From an uncultured Planctomycetales bacterium (GTDB lineage Bacteria > Omnitrophota > Gorgyraeia > Zapsychrales > Aceulaceae), in the NCBI GenBank assembly GCA_964648665.1, contig CAZYOA010000004.1, positions 52,894 to 116,893 of the forward strand: DNA of 64,000 nucleotides. The letters are read 5' to 3'. Shown here piece by piece: positions 8,341 through 17,441 of the stretch (the first letter of the stretch is position 1; every line of letters starts with the position of its first letter). The position numbers and the translations under genes were made by a program. The notes beneath the pieces are model-generated. The model had not been told where the DNA came from. It made no database searches and saw only the letters and a list, made by a program, of their open reading frames with translations.

Positions 8341-10041
8341 ATGTTTCTATCGATTTTAAAAAAAGTATCACGCTATTGGAAAAGTATTGGCTTAAGCGTC
8401 TTTTTCTCTTTTCTGTTTTTAAAAATAACCTATTGGGTAATCTATTTAATCCCATCTATTGAAAATATTTTCCTTTCTGCTTTAATCTCTTGTGTTTTGA
8501 TTGGTTTTTTTGTTTTTTATTTAACAAAACAAAAGAATCTTTTAGATCATCTATATGCTGGAATCTTCTCTTTTGCTGTTTGCTTTAGCATTACGACAAT
8601 TGTCATGAATATTTTAACGGAACCGTTTTTTGATTGGAATTCTGCACGCCTTGTGTGGACGTTTTCAATCAAGCATGGATATAAAGTTTTTTGTGGGTTG
8701 TTTCAAGGGCCTATTCTCGCGCGTATGTATGGACCGTTGATGCCATTTTCGTATTGGCCGTGCACGTGGATGAAAACACCGATTAGCGCTATTTGGATGG
8801 GGTCTTTTTTGAGCGTATTATTTATTTTTGTTCCAACGAGTATTTTCTTTATTGTTGAATCAAGAAAACAGGCTCGTTTTAAAGAAGCATTTTTTTGTTA
8901 TTTCTTGTTTTTTTGTTTACTTGCTTTTAACGCGATTCCGTTAACTCGATCGATGTTTATGATTCATGCGGATGCCCCGTCGATTGGATTTGCGATTTTA
9001 GCATGCTTGATGTTGTATTTGGATCGTTTATCGCCAAAATCGCATCATAAGTTATTGTCTGCTTTTTTGGTGGTTTGTTCTGTGTGGACAAAGCAAATTG
9101 CTGCACCTCTTCTTATTGCTTTGCCGTTATATCTTTGGATTACCCAAGGGCGAAAAGTAGCGCTTATTTATTTTGCTCAGATTTTATTGATATCTTTCTG
9201 TTCTTTAGCTTTTTTTTCACATGTTTTTGGTTTTCAATATATGTTTCAGGAAATGTTTTTAATTCCTTCGAGGCATCCTTCTAGATATGCTTTTGGCTGG
9301 ACAAGGGGATTTTTACTTGTTTCATGGTTTTGGATTAAAAGTATTTTTCCGTATGCTTTATGTGTTATTTTATCAAATTTCAAGCATATTAAAGGGTTGC
9401 TTAAGCAAAAAATAAGATTGAGAAATTTTTTAAAACAAAATTATTGGTTTTTGTTTATTTGGGTAGGAATTTTTATGGCACCTACAGCAATTTTAGGAAT
9501 GCTTAAAATGGGTGGAGACTTTAATAATCTTAGTTTTTCTTTATACTTTTTTGTTTTGGCTGCAGCTATGAGCATTACGCGTCTTTTTTTAAATTTGAGA
9601 CAAAGATTGTCTAAGAATAATTTAAAAATTGTTAAAGTTTTGTTTTGTGTCTTAGTTTTTTGTTTAATGGCATTTCGCTCAGCGCATCTTTATGAAATGA
9701 CAGATAAAGCGTTGATGGTGGGAAACTGTCCACAACAAATTGCCTATGAGCTTGCTTTAGAGTATCCTGAAAGAATATATTTTCCTGACAGTGTCCTTTC
9801 AATGTATTTTGCAGATAAAGAAATCTACAATAGTTTAGATGGTATTTATGATCGAAAGAATGCTAATATTCCTATCAGCCCGGAACATTTTAAAAAATAT
9901 CTTCCAAAGAATTTAGAAAAGATTGCTATGTTAAAGATTTATCCTTATCGGCATATGTATGTTTTAGAGCATCTTCCAGGATTTCGATCAAGAAAAGAAG
10001 TTGGAGATATGATTTTTTGGATTGTTTATGAAAAACAGTAA
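8341..10041 (+). CDS. large polytopic membrane protein, probable GT-C fold glycosyltransferase (ArnT/PMT/DUF2723-like)
   Basis: At 566 aa it is very hydrophobic with more than 10 predicted TM segments and a C-terminal soluble region. It is adjacent to a GT2 polyprenyl-phosphate sugar synthase. Confidence 0.4.
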   Translation: MFLSILKKVSRYWKSIGLSVFFSFLFLKITYWVIYLIPSIENIFLSALISCVLIGFFVFYLTKQKNLLDHLYAGIFSFAVCFSITTIVMNILTEPFFDWNSARLVWTFSIKHGYKVFCGLFQGPILARMYGPLMPFSYWPCTWMKTPISAIWMGSFLSVLFIFVPTSIFFIVESRKQARFKEAFFCYFLFFCLLAFNAIPLTRSMFMIHADAPSIGFAILACLMLYLDRLSPKSHHKLLSAFLVVCSVWTKQIAAPLLIALPLYLWITQGRKVALIYFAQILLISFCSLAFFSHVFGFQYMFQEMFLIPSRHPSRYAFGWTRGFLLVSWFWIKSIFPYALCVILSNFKHIKGLLKQKIRLRNFLKQNYWFLFIWVGIFMAPTAILGMLKMGGDFNNLSFSLYFFVLAAAMSITRLFLNLRQRLSKNNLKIVKVLFCVLVFCLMAFRSAHLYEMTDKALMVGNCPQQIAYELALEYPERIYFPDSVLSMYFADKEIYNSLDGIYDRKNANIPISPEHFKKYLPKNLEKIAMLKIYPYRHMYVLEHLPGFRSRKEVGDMIFWIVYEKQ

Positions 10042-10089
10042 TTTTTAGAAATCACTTGTGTAATATGTTAACGAGAAATAAGAGAAATC

Positions 10090-10812
10090 ATGCGCATATC
10101 TATTGTTATTCCTGCATACAATGAACAAAAACGAATTGCAAAAACATTAAGTAAAATTTTTTATTATCTAAAGAAAGACAGTGTGGATGCTGAGGTCATT
10201 ATTGTTGACGACGGAAGCCGGGACGATACTTTCTTGATTGTAAATAGATTTAAAGATAAATATTCAAATATAATTATCTTAAGAAATGATAGCAATAAAG
10301 GAAAAGGATTTTCTGTTCGAAAAGGAGTTTTAGCTGCTCAAGGAGAATGCATTTTATTTATTGACGCAGACAATTCGACTCCGATTCAAGAAATGAGGAA
10401 GGTTGTTCCATTAATTTCAGATGGGAAATGTGATGTTGCGTTGGGATCGAGATCAATTGAAGGATCGAATGTGAAGCTCCGTCAGCCTTATTTTCGTATT
10501 CTTATGGGACGTGTGTTTAATTTATTTGTTAAGTGTTTGTTTTATCGAGACTTTAAAGATACACAATGTGGGTTTAAAGCATTTTCAAAAAAAGCTGCTC
10601 AAATTATTTTTGAACGCCAGACGATTGAGCGTTTTTCTTTTGATGTTGAAATCTTAGCGATTGCTAAAGTTCATAATTTTAAAATTCAACAAGTTCCCGT
10701 TGTTTGGGTGAATAATGCGCAAAGCCGAGTTAATCCACTGTTTGATTCAGCTCAAATGTTTATTGATTTGTTTGTTATTAAGATTAATTTATTAAGAAAG
10801 AAATATTTATAA
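10090..10812 (+). CDS. family 2 glycosyltransferase, dolichyl/polyprenyl-phosphate hexose synthase-like (DPM1/GtrB/ArnC type)
   Basis: It has the motifs ISIVIPAYNE, IIVDDGSRDDT and FIDADNSTP. Confidence 0.8.
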   Translation: MRISIVIPAYNEQKRIAKTLSKIFYYLKKDSVDAEVIIVDDGSRDDTFLIVNRFKDKYSNIIILRNDSNKGKGFSVRKGVLAAQGECILFIDADNSTPIQEMRKVVPLISDGKCDVALGSRSIEGSNVKLRQPYFRILMGRVFNLFVKCLFYRDFKDTQCGFKAFSKKAAQIIFERQTIERFSFDVEILAIAKVHNFKIQQVPVVWVNNAQSRVNPLFDSAQMFIDLFVIKINLLRKKYL

Positions 10813-10830
10813 ACCAAAAAGGAAATTTAT

Positions 10831-11403
10831 ATGAAACATTTAATTATTTATAGTCATCCAAACCCTAAAAGCTTCAATCACGCTATTTTAGAAACATTTT
10901 CTGATGGACTTAGAGAAGCTGGGCATGATGTTGAAATTAGAGATCTTTACGAGACAGGATTTAATCCTGTTTTAAGTGTTCAAGATTTTGAGCTTATGAA
11001 TCAAAAAGCGTATGCTTTAGATGTTTCAGAGGAGCACGAATTTGTTCGTTGGGCAGATGTGGTTACGTTTATTTTTCCAGTTTGGTGGAATTCTACGCCG
11101 GCGATCACAAGAGGATATGTTGATCGTGTTTTTAGCGTTGGTTTTGCTTATGATGAAAAAGCTAAAGGGCTTTTGATGGGTAAAAAAGTATTGGTGATTT
11201 GTACTCTGAATGCGCCAGCTGTTGTTAGTGAGAAAACGGGTGCTTTTACGGCAATGAATTTTACGATCGGACAAAGCTTGGCAGATTTTTGTGCGATGAC
11301 ATTGATTGATCAGAAATATTTTAGTTCAGTGGCTTCCGCTAGCGATGATGATCGCAAAGCAATGCTTAAAGAGGTTTCAGAGATGGCGAGTGAGATAGAG
11401 TAG
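10831..11403 (+). CDS. flavodoxin-like NAD(P)H dehydrogenase (quinone) family protein (YwrO/KefF/MdaB-like)
   Basis: The N-terminus MKHLIIYSHPNPKSFNHAIL and the FPVWWNSTPA motif place it in this family. Confidence 0.7.
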   Translation: MKHLIIYSHPNPKSFNHAILETFSDGLREAGHDVEIRDLYETGFNPVLSVQDFELMNQKAYALDVSEEHEFVRWADVVTFIFPVWWNSTPAITRGYVDRVFSVGFAYDEKAKGLLMGKKVLVICTLNAPAVVSEKTGAFTAMNFTIGQSLADFCAMTLIDQKYFSSVASASDDDRKAMLKEVSEMASEIE

Positions 11404-11404
11404 A

Positions 11405-12304
11405 ATGAGAAGAGTAATCCTTTTTTTAAGTATAATCTTTCTTTTGGCCGCAACATGTGTTTGGGCTGATGAAGTTTACTTAAAGAATGGTGACAAGTTG
11501 TCAGGAGACATTTTATCCGATACGGACCAAGATATTCAGATTCAATCTGAAGCTGTTGGTGTTATTGTTATTGAGAAACAGTTTATTGATAATATTATTA
11601 GTGATATAAAAGATCAAGAAAAAGATGTTCAAGCGGAAGAAGAAAAAGTACGCTGGGAGCGAAAGCTTTCGGCTGGGTATAGTTTTTCTCGAGGAAATAC
11701 TGATAAATCACAGATGACTGCGTCGCTTTCTTTGGATCGAAAGACTCAGCTAGATCAATGGACACTCAGAGGAAGATCATCGTATTCATCTGCAAATAAA
11801 AAGATGGATTCTCAAAAGTGGGATGCATCTGCGCGTTATGCATTTAGTTTTGGAAAAATCTTGAAAGCTTATAATTTTTATCGTTTTGAGGCTGATCATG
11901 ATCGATTTTCAAATATTCATTATCGATTGACTCCTTTTGCAGGTGTTGGTTATTGGTTTTTTGATCAACCAGATGTAAGGTGGAGAGGGGAGCTTGGGCT
12001 TGGTTTTGAACATACGAATTATCGAAATAATCAAAAGGATTCAAGCGAAGGAATTATTGTGCCTAGAATTTCTTCCGAATATACGCTTATTGGTGATTCG
12101 AAGTTGGCAAAAGATGTGTCTCTTTATTTGCCTTTTAATGATGTTAAGAGCTATCGCATAAAGGGCCAGGTTGATTTTATAAATCCAATTGATGAGTACT
12201 TGTCTTTTAAAATAAGCGTGATTGATGATTTTGATTCTAATCCAAGCGGTGGAACCAGCAAAAACGATCTTCGTTTTATTTCTTCTCTGGTGTATTCTTT
12301 TTAG
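11405..12304 (+). CDS. secreted protein, putative outer-membrane beta-barrel (DUF481-like)
   Basis: It has a signal peptide (MRRVILFLSIIFLLAATCVWA), alternating amphipathic segments rich in Y/W/R/S/G, and a C-terminal ...LVYSF ending in an aromatic residue. Confidence 0.35.
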   Translation: MRRVILFLSIIFLLAATCVWADEVYLKNGDKLSGDILSDTDQDIQIQSEAVGVIVIEKQFIDNIISDIKDQEKDVQAEEEKVRWERKLSAGYSFSRGNTDKSQMTASLSLDRKTQLDQWTLRGRSSYSSANKKMDSQKWDASARYAFSFGKILKAYNFYRFEADHDRFSNIHYRLTPFAGVGYWFFDQPDVRWRGELGLGFEHTNYRNNQKDSSEGIIVPRISSEYTLIGDSKLAKDVSLYLPFNDVKSYRIKGQVDFINPIDEYLSFKISVIDDFDSNPSGGTSKNDLRFISSLVYSF

Positions 12305-12477
12305 TAGGTTCTTTTGTAATTCTATTATTTCCAATATGTTGCAGCAAAATTTCCATAAAAAAATAAAATCTTGATAAAATGTAGTTTTGATATAAAATAA
12401 AGAGCTTGTTTTTTTGTTAGAGATGTAATTGTTTGGCGTTATTAAAGATAAGATAAACTTACCTACAAGGGAGTACG

Positions 12478-14403
12478 ATGCTTTACGACATCAACGGAAT
12501 TAAGCACGGCGTTACACGTTTTGGAGAGCAAGATGCGCATTTTTTTAAAGAGGGTACGCATTATCGGCTTTATGATAAGCTAGGTTCTCATGAAATGGTG
12601 ATTGATGATCAGCAAGGGACATATTTTGCTGTTTGGGCTCCCAACGCAAGCTCAGTTCATGTTATTGGTGATTTTAATGGCTGGAACAAATCTAGTCATC
12701 CCTTGAGTGTGCGCTGGGATTCTTCTGGGGTTTGGGAAGGGTTTGTTCCTGGAGTTGTAAAGGGTGATGTTTATAAATACTATATTGCGTCAAAAGATAA
12801 CGGGTATTATGAAGATAAAAAAGATCCGTTTGCTTTTTATAATGAAATTTCTCCAAAAACGGCTTCCATTGTTTGGAATACAGATTATCGGTGGAAAGAT
12901 CAAGAGTGGATGAAAACTCGCCAGAAGAAAAATGGACTTGAGTCTCCAATGTCGATTTATGAAGTTCATCTTGGTTCTTGGCGGCGCGTTGTTGAAGAAT
13001 ATAATCGACCCTTAGATTACAAGGAAATGGCTGAAGAATTTGTCGCTTATGTTAAGGAGATGGGTTACACCCATGTTGAATTCCTGCCGGTTATGGAGCA
13101 TCCTTTTTATGGCTCATGGGGATATCAATCTACTGGATATTTCTCGCCAACTTCTCGATATGGCACGCCTCAAGATTTTATGCATTTAATTGATTGTTTG
13201 CATCAAAATGATATTGGTGTCATTTTGGATTGGGTTCCATCTCATTTTCCGTCGGATGTTCATGGCCTTTTTTATTTTGATGGAACGCATCTTTTTGAGC
13301 ATGCAGATCCTAAAAAAGGTTTTCATCCGGATTGGAAAAGCTATATTTTTAATCATAGTCGGGCCGAAGTAAAAGAATTTTTAATTTCAAGCGCTCTTTT
13401 TTGGTTAGATAAATATCATATTGATGGCATTCGCGTTGATGCAGTTGCTTCAATGTTGTATTTAGACTATTCGAGAGAAGAGGGTGAATGGATTCCAAAT
13501 CAATTTGGAGGCCGTGAAAATATTGAGGCGGTTGATTTCTTAAAAACGCTTAACACTGCTGTTTATCAAGATTTTCCTGATGTCCAAATGATTGCTGAAG
13601 AATCTACGGCATGGCAGGGTGTTTCACGTCCAGTTTCTCAAGGTGGACTTGGGTTTGGAATGAAATGGAACATGGGATGGATGCATGATGTTCTTTTGTA
13701 TTTCTCTAAAGATCCTGTTTTTAGGAAATATCACCATAACGATTTAACATTTAGCTTCTTATATACGTTTACAGAAAATTTTACTTTATCGCTTTCTCAT
13801 GACGAGGTTGTTCATGGGAAAGGATCACTTTTGGCAAAAATGCCTGGTGATGATTGGCAAAAATTTGCCAATATGAGACTTTTGTTGGGATATATGTTTG
13901 CTCATCCGGGCAAGAAACTTCTTTTTATGGGAGCCGAAATTGGACAATGGGCTGAGTGGAATCATGAAAAAAGTTTAGAATGGCATCTTTTGCAGTATTC
14001 GCCGCATCAAGGTTTGCAAAAATGGATGAAAGATCTTAATGCTGTTTACAAGAAAGAAGCAGCATTATTTGAAAAAGATTTTGTTCCCGAAGGATTCAAG
14101 TGGATTGATTGTAATGATTGGCAACAAGGAATTGTTAGCTTTGTAAGAACGGGACATGATTGGAACCAAAAAATTGTCGCTATTTGTAATTTTACGCCAG
14201 AAACACGTTTTGATTATCGCTTAGGTATGCCAGAAGCAGGAACATGGAAAGAAGTTTTAAATAGTGATGCAGAAGATTATGGTGGAAGCGGACAGGGTAA
14301 TTTTGGAAGAAAGAAAACAGAGTCAATACCGGCACATGGATGCCAAGATTCTTTTTCGATTACTGTGCCACCCTTAGGAATGCTTTTTCTTAAAAAAGTA
14401 TAG
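12478..14403 (+). CDS. glgB: 1,4-alpha-glucan branching enzyme (GH13)
   Basis: At 641 aa it has a CBM48-like N-terminus, the GH13 catalytic motifs (DWVPSHF, GIRVDAV, EESTAW) and a C-terminal all-beta domain. Confidence 0.9.
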   Translation: MLYDINGIKHGVTRFGEQDAHFFKEGTHYRLYDKLGSHEMVIDDQQGTYFAVWAPNASSVHVIGDFNGWNKSSHPLSVRWDSSGVWEGFVPGVVKGDVYKYYIASKDNGYYEDKKDPFAFYNEISPKTASIVWNTDYRWKDQEWMKTRQKKNGLESPMSIYEVHLGSWRRVVEEYNRPLDYKEMAEEFVAYVKEMGYTHVEFLPVMEHPFYGSWGYQSTGYFSPTSRYGTPQDFMHLIDCLHQNDIGVILDWVPSHFPSDVHGLFYFDGTHLFEHADPKKGFHPDWKSYIFNHSRAEVKEFLISSALFWLDKYHIDGIRVDAVASMLYLDYSREEGEWIPNQFGGRENIEAVDFLKTLNTAVYQDFPDVQMIAEESTAWQGVSRPVSQGGLGFGMKWNMGWMHDVLLYFSKDPVFRKYHHNDLTFSFLYTFTENFTLSLSHDEVVHGKGSLLAKMPGDDWQKFANMRLLLGYMFAHPGKKLLFMGAEIGQWAEWNHEKSLEWHLLQYSPHQGLQKWMKDLNAVYKKEAALFEKDFVPEGFKWIDCNDWQQGIVSFVRTGHDWNQKIVAICNFTPETRFDYRLGMPEAGTWKEVLNSDAEDYGGSGQGNFGRKKTESIPAHGCQDSFSITVPPLGMLFLKKV

Positions 14404-14433
14404 AATTTTGTAGTTTTTTGAATAGAAATTCAC

Positions 14434-14460
14434 TTGACGAAATTTAAGTTTTGGTATACA
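14434..14460 (+). promoter_or_regulatory. candidate sigma70 promoter for the DUF2582 gene (TTGACG - 15 nt - TATACA)
   Basis: The -35 is ttgacg (14434-14439) and the -10 is tataca (14455-14460). The spacer is slightly short. A strong SD (aggagg) follows before the ATG at 14514. Confidence 0.3.
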
Positions 14461-14513
14461 AATATGGCGTTACTTTTTAGATTATTTAATTTTATATTAA
14501 TTAGGAGGGTAGG

Positions 14514-14906
14514 ATGAAAGGTAAGATTATTGAAACGGCTGGAAAAACTTGGAAAATTTTAGGTGAGAAAAAAGAAGTCAAGGTGACTGATCTTGCTAAG
14601 CTTGTTAAAGAAAAAGGTGAAGTTGTTTTTCAGTCTTTAGGGTGGCTTGCTCGAGAAGACAAAATTACTTATGTTTCTCGAAAGAATCAAACTTTTGTTT
14701 CTTTAATTGAGCCAGAGCTTGAATGTTTTCGTAGTTTTTTTCCACTGAAGACGACTCTGACTAAGAAAACAAAGGCAGTAAAAATAGATAAAAAAGTTAA
14801 AGCAGCGAAAATAATTAAAGCAGTGAAAGCTGTTAGAGCAACTAAGGTATCGATTAAGAAAGCTGTTAAATCAAGACTAAAAAAAGTTTTAAAAATTAAG
14901 AAATAA
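14514..14906 (+). CDS. DUF2582 winged-helix protein with C-terminal lysine/alanine-rich histone H1-like tail
   Basis: The N-terminal 70 aa match the DUF2582 wHTH pattern (TAGKTWKIL ... SLGWLAREDKITY ... TFVSLIE). The C-terminal ~50 aa are KAVK/KAAK repeats (KKTKAVKIDKKVKAAKIIKAVKAVRATKVSIKKAVKSRLKKVLKIKK). Confidence 0.6.
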   Translation: MKGKIIETAGKTWKILGEKKEVKVTDLAKLVKEKGEVVFQSLGWLAREDKITYVSRKNQTFVSLIEPELECFRSFFPLKTTLTKKTKAVKIDKKVKAAKIIKAVKAVRATKVSIKKAVKSRLKKVLKIKK

Positions 14907-14930
14907 TTTCTAAAACTTTTATTCTTAAAG

Positions 14931-14972
14931 CGACCACCGAGAGACATCGTAAGGCTTGGTGGTCGTTTGATT
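14931..14972 (+). terminator. intrinsic terminator
   Basis: An 8-bp GC-rich stem cgaccacc/ggtggtcg with a 19-nt loop is followed by tttgatt. Confidence 0.5.
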
Positions 14973-15016
14973 ATTTCTAATTTTGGTACTTGCAAGATAA
15001 GCAAACGGAGAAATTT

Positions 15017-17440
15017 TTGAATAAATACATTTGTCTTCATGGTCATTTTTATCAGCCTCCTCGAGAAAATCCTTGGCTAGAGGAAATCGAAAGCCAAGAT
15101 AGCGCTCTTCCTTTTCATGATTGGAACGAGCGTATTTCTTTTGAATGTTATTCCCGCAACTCTGCTTCACGTATTCTTAATAATAAAAAGAAGATTGTTG
15201 ATATTGTTAATAACTATTCCAAGATTAGTTTTAATTTTGGTCCTACGCTCTTGTCTTGGATGAAGAAAAAAGATCCTGAGACTTATCGAGATATTCTTTA
15301 CGCGGATCAACTAAGCCAACAAAATTTTTCTGGACACGGAAGTGCTATTGCACAAGTTTATAATCATATGATTATGCCGCTTGCTAATGAGCGTGATAAG
15401 CAGACACAAGTTATCTGGGGTATTCGAGATTTTGAGTATCATTTCAAGAGAAAGCCGGAAGGAATGTGGCTGGCAGAAACTGCTGTCGACATTAAAACTC
15501 TTGAAGTTTTAGCTGAGCATGATATTTCATTTACGATCTTAGCTCCTCATCAAGCAAAACGAGTAAAAAGAATACAGGATAAGAAGTGGATTGATCTTAA
15601 AGGTAGAGGCATTGATCCTAAAAAGGCCTACCTTTGTCGTCTACCTTCAGGAAAAAGTATAAATATTTTCTTTTATGACGGACCGATTGCTCAAGGCGTT
15701 GCTTTTGAAGGACTTTTAAAAAATGGAGAAGATTTTGCCCAGCGTCTTTTAGGTGCTTTTGATTCAAAGTCAGAAAAAGATCAGCTCGTTCATATTGCAA
15801 CGGATGGAGAAACGTATGGACATCATCATAAGTTTGCGGATATGGCGTTGGCATATTGTTTGCGATTAATTGAAAAAAAGAATTTAGCTAAGGTGACAAT
15901 TTATGGAGAATTTTTAGAGAAGTTTCCTCCGCGAGATGAAGTTGAGGTCTTAGAAAATACGTCGTGGAGTTGTGCTCATGGTATTGAGCGATGGCGGTCA
16001 GATTGCGGATGTTCAATGGGATCAAATCCAAAATGGAATCAAAAATGGCGACAAGGTTTAAGAGAATCGTTGGATTGGTTGCGCGATGAAGGAGTTAAAG
16101 TTTATGAACACCAGATGAGCGCATTTTCTAAAGATGTTTGGCACCTGCGAAATCAATACATCAATGTTGTTTTAAATCGAAATTCTAAGAATATTGAAGA
16201 ATTTTTAAAAGAAAATATTCAGAAGTCTTTATCTGACGAAGAAAAAATAAAAATATTAAAGTTGCTTGAGTTACAGCGTAATAGCATGTTTATGTATACG
16301 AGTTGTGGGTGGTTTTTTGATGAGGTATCAGGCATTGAGCCAACTCAGATCCTTAAATATGCGGCTCGCTCTATTCAGTTGATCGAAGAGATTTCTGGCA
16401 ATAAAGTTGAGGGTCAATTTTTAAGTCTTTTAGAGAAGATAAAAAGCAATATTCCAGAGGTTGGAAATGCAAAGAATATTTATACTAAGAATGTAAAGCC
16501 GTTTGTTGTTGATCTTTTTCGTGTCGGAGCACATTATGCTGTTTCGTCATTATTTGAGAAATATCCTAAAGAAACACAGATTTATTGTTATACAATTCGA
16601 ACAGAAAAATCTCATCAGCAAGAAGATGATCGTCTTAAATTATCGATTGGATATGGAACTGTTAGATCTGATATTACGCTTGAAGAAACTCCTATCTTTT
16701 TTGCAGGATTTCATCTTGGAAATCATAATATTATTCGAGGCGTTAGACAGCTTTTGCAGGGAGAGTTTGAGCAAGCTGAGAAAGAAATTTTAGATGCTTT
16801 TGCGGCTAAGAAAATTCCTGAAACTACGCGATTGATTGATAAGTATTATGGACCAGAAAATTATTCGCTAGAGCATTTGTTTAAAGAAGAACAACAAAAG
16901 ATATTAGATGAAGTCTTGAAAACAACTATGGATGAGATTGAGGGTTCTTTTAGAGAAATTTATGAAAAACATCATCCTTTGATGCAAGTTCAAAAAGAGC
17001 TTCAAGTTACGCTACCTAAAGCTCTTTCGACAATTGCCGAATTTGTTTTAAACCGAGATTTGTCTGAAGTTATCCAGGCTGATCCTATTGATTTGAAACG
17101 TTTACGAATGTTAGTCTGGGAGATTAAGAGATGGTCGTTTTCTAGAGACAAGCAGTTGATTTGTTTTATTGCAGGACGCAGAATTGATGGATTGATGAAG
17201 CAGCTAGTTCGCGATCCAGATGAAATTTCTTTTATTGAAATGTTAAGTTCGATTGTTGAAAGTTTAAATATTTTAAATTATAATTTAGATTTATGGAAAG
17301 CTCAAAATATGTACATTATTTTGAGTCGAAAATTATTAAAAGATAAAAAATCTCGAGCACAAAGAGCAGATGAACGGGCTAAATCTTGGGTTGAGGCTTT
17401 TGAGCTTTTAGGTAAATTTTTACAAGTTGAAATAGGATAA
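15017..17440 (+). CDS. glycoside hydrolase family 57 enzyme (alpha-amylase / 4-alpha-glucanotransferase type) with long C-terminal extension
   Basis: It carries the GH57 N-terminal signature CLHGHFYQPPRE and GETYGHHH. There is no in-frame ATG upstream of the signature. The TTG at 15017 is preceded by GGAG at -7, whereas the longest ORF would start at the TTG at 14990 with no RBS. Confidence 0.8.
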   Translation: MNKYICLHGHFYQPPRENPWLEEIESQDSALPFHDWNERISFECYSRNSASRILNNKKKIVDIVNNYSKISFNFGPTLLSWMKKKDPETYRDILYADQLSQQNFSGHGSAIAQVYNHMIMPLANERDKQTQVIWGIRDFEYHFKRKPEGMWLAETAVDIKTLEVLAEHDISFTILAPHQAKRVKRIQDKKWIDLKGRGIDPKKAYLCRLPSGKSINIFFYDGPIAQGVAFEGLLKNGEDFAQRLLGAFDSKSEKDQLVHIATDGETYGHHHKFADMALAYCLRLIEKKNLAKVTIYGEFLEKFPPRDEVEVLENTSWSCAHGIERWRSDCGCSMGSNPKWNQKWRQGLRESLDWLRDEGVKVYEHQMSAFSKDVWHLRNQYINVVLNRNSKNIEEFLKENIQKSLSDEEKIKILKLLELQRNSMFMYTSCGWFFDEVSGIEPTQILKYAARSIQLIEEISGNKVEGQFLSLLEKIKSNIPEVGNAKNIYTKNVKPFVVDLFRVGAHYAVSSLFEKYPKETQIYCYTIRTEKSHQQEDDRLKLSIGYGTVRSDITLEETPIFFAGFHLGNHNIIRGVRQLLQGEFEQAEKEILDAFAAKKIPETTRLIDKYYGPENYSLEHLFKEEQQKILDEVLKTTMDEIEGSFREIYEKHHPLMQVQKELQVTLPKALSTIAEFVLNRDLSEVIQADPIDLKRLRMLVWEIKRWSFSRDKQLICFIAGRRIDGLMKQLVRDPDEISFIEMLSSIVESLNILNYNLDLWKAQNMYIILSRKLLKDKKSRAQRADERAKSWVEAFELLGKFLQVEIG

Positions 17441-17441
17441 G

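Noticed and set aside
12305-12477. A candidate promoter (TTGATA ... TATAAA) upstream of glgB.
   Set aside because: The spacer between the best -35 and -10 hexamers is only about 14 nt, and the region is generically AT-rich, so it is not reported as a feature.
14760-14906. The K/A-rich repeat region could be a low-complexity frameshift artefact or a separate small basic protein.
   Set aside because: The repeat is in frame with a well-formed wHTH domain and is followed by a clean terminator. A histone-H1-like tail fused to a DNA-binding domain is biologically coherent.
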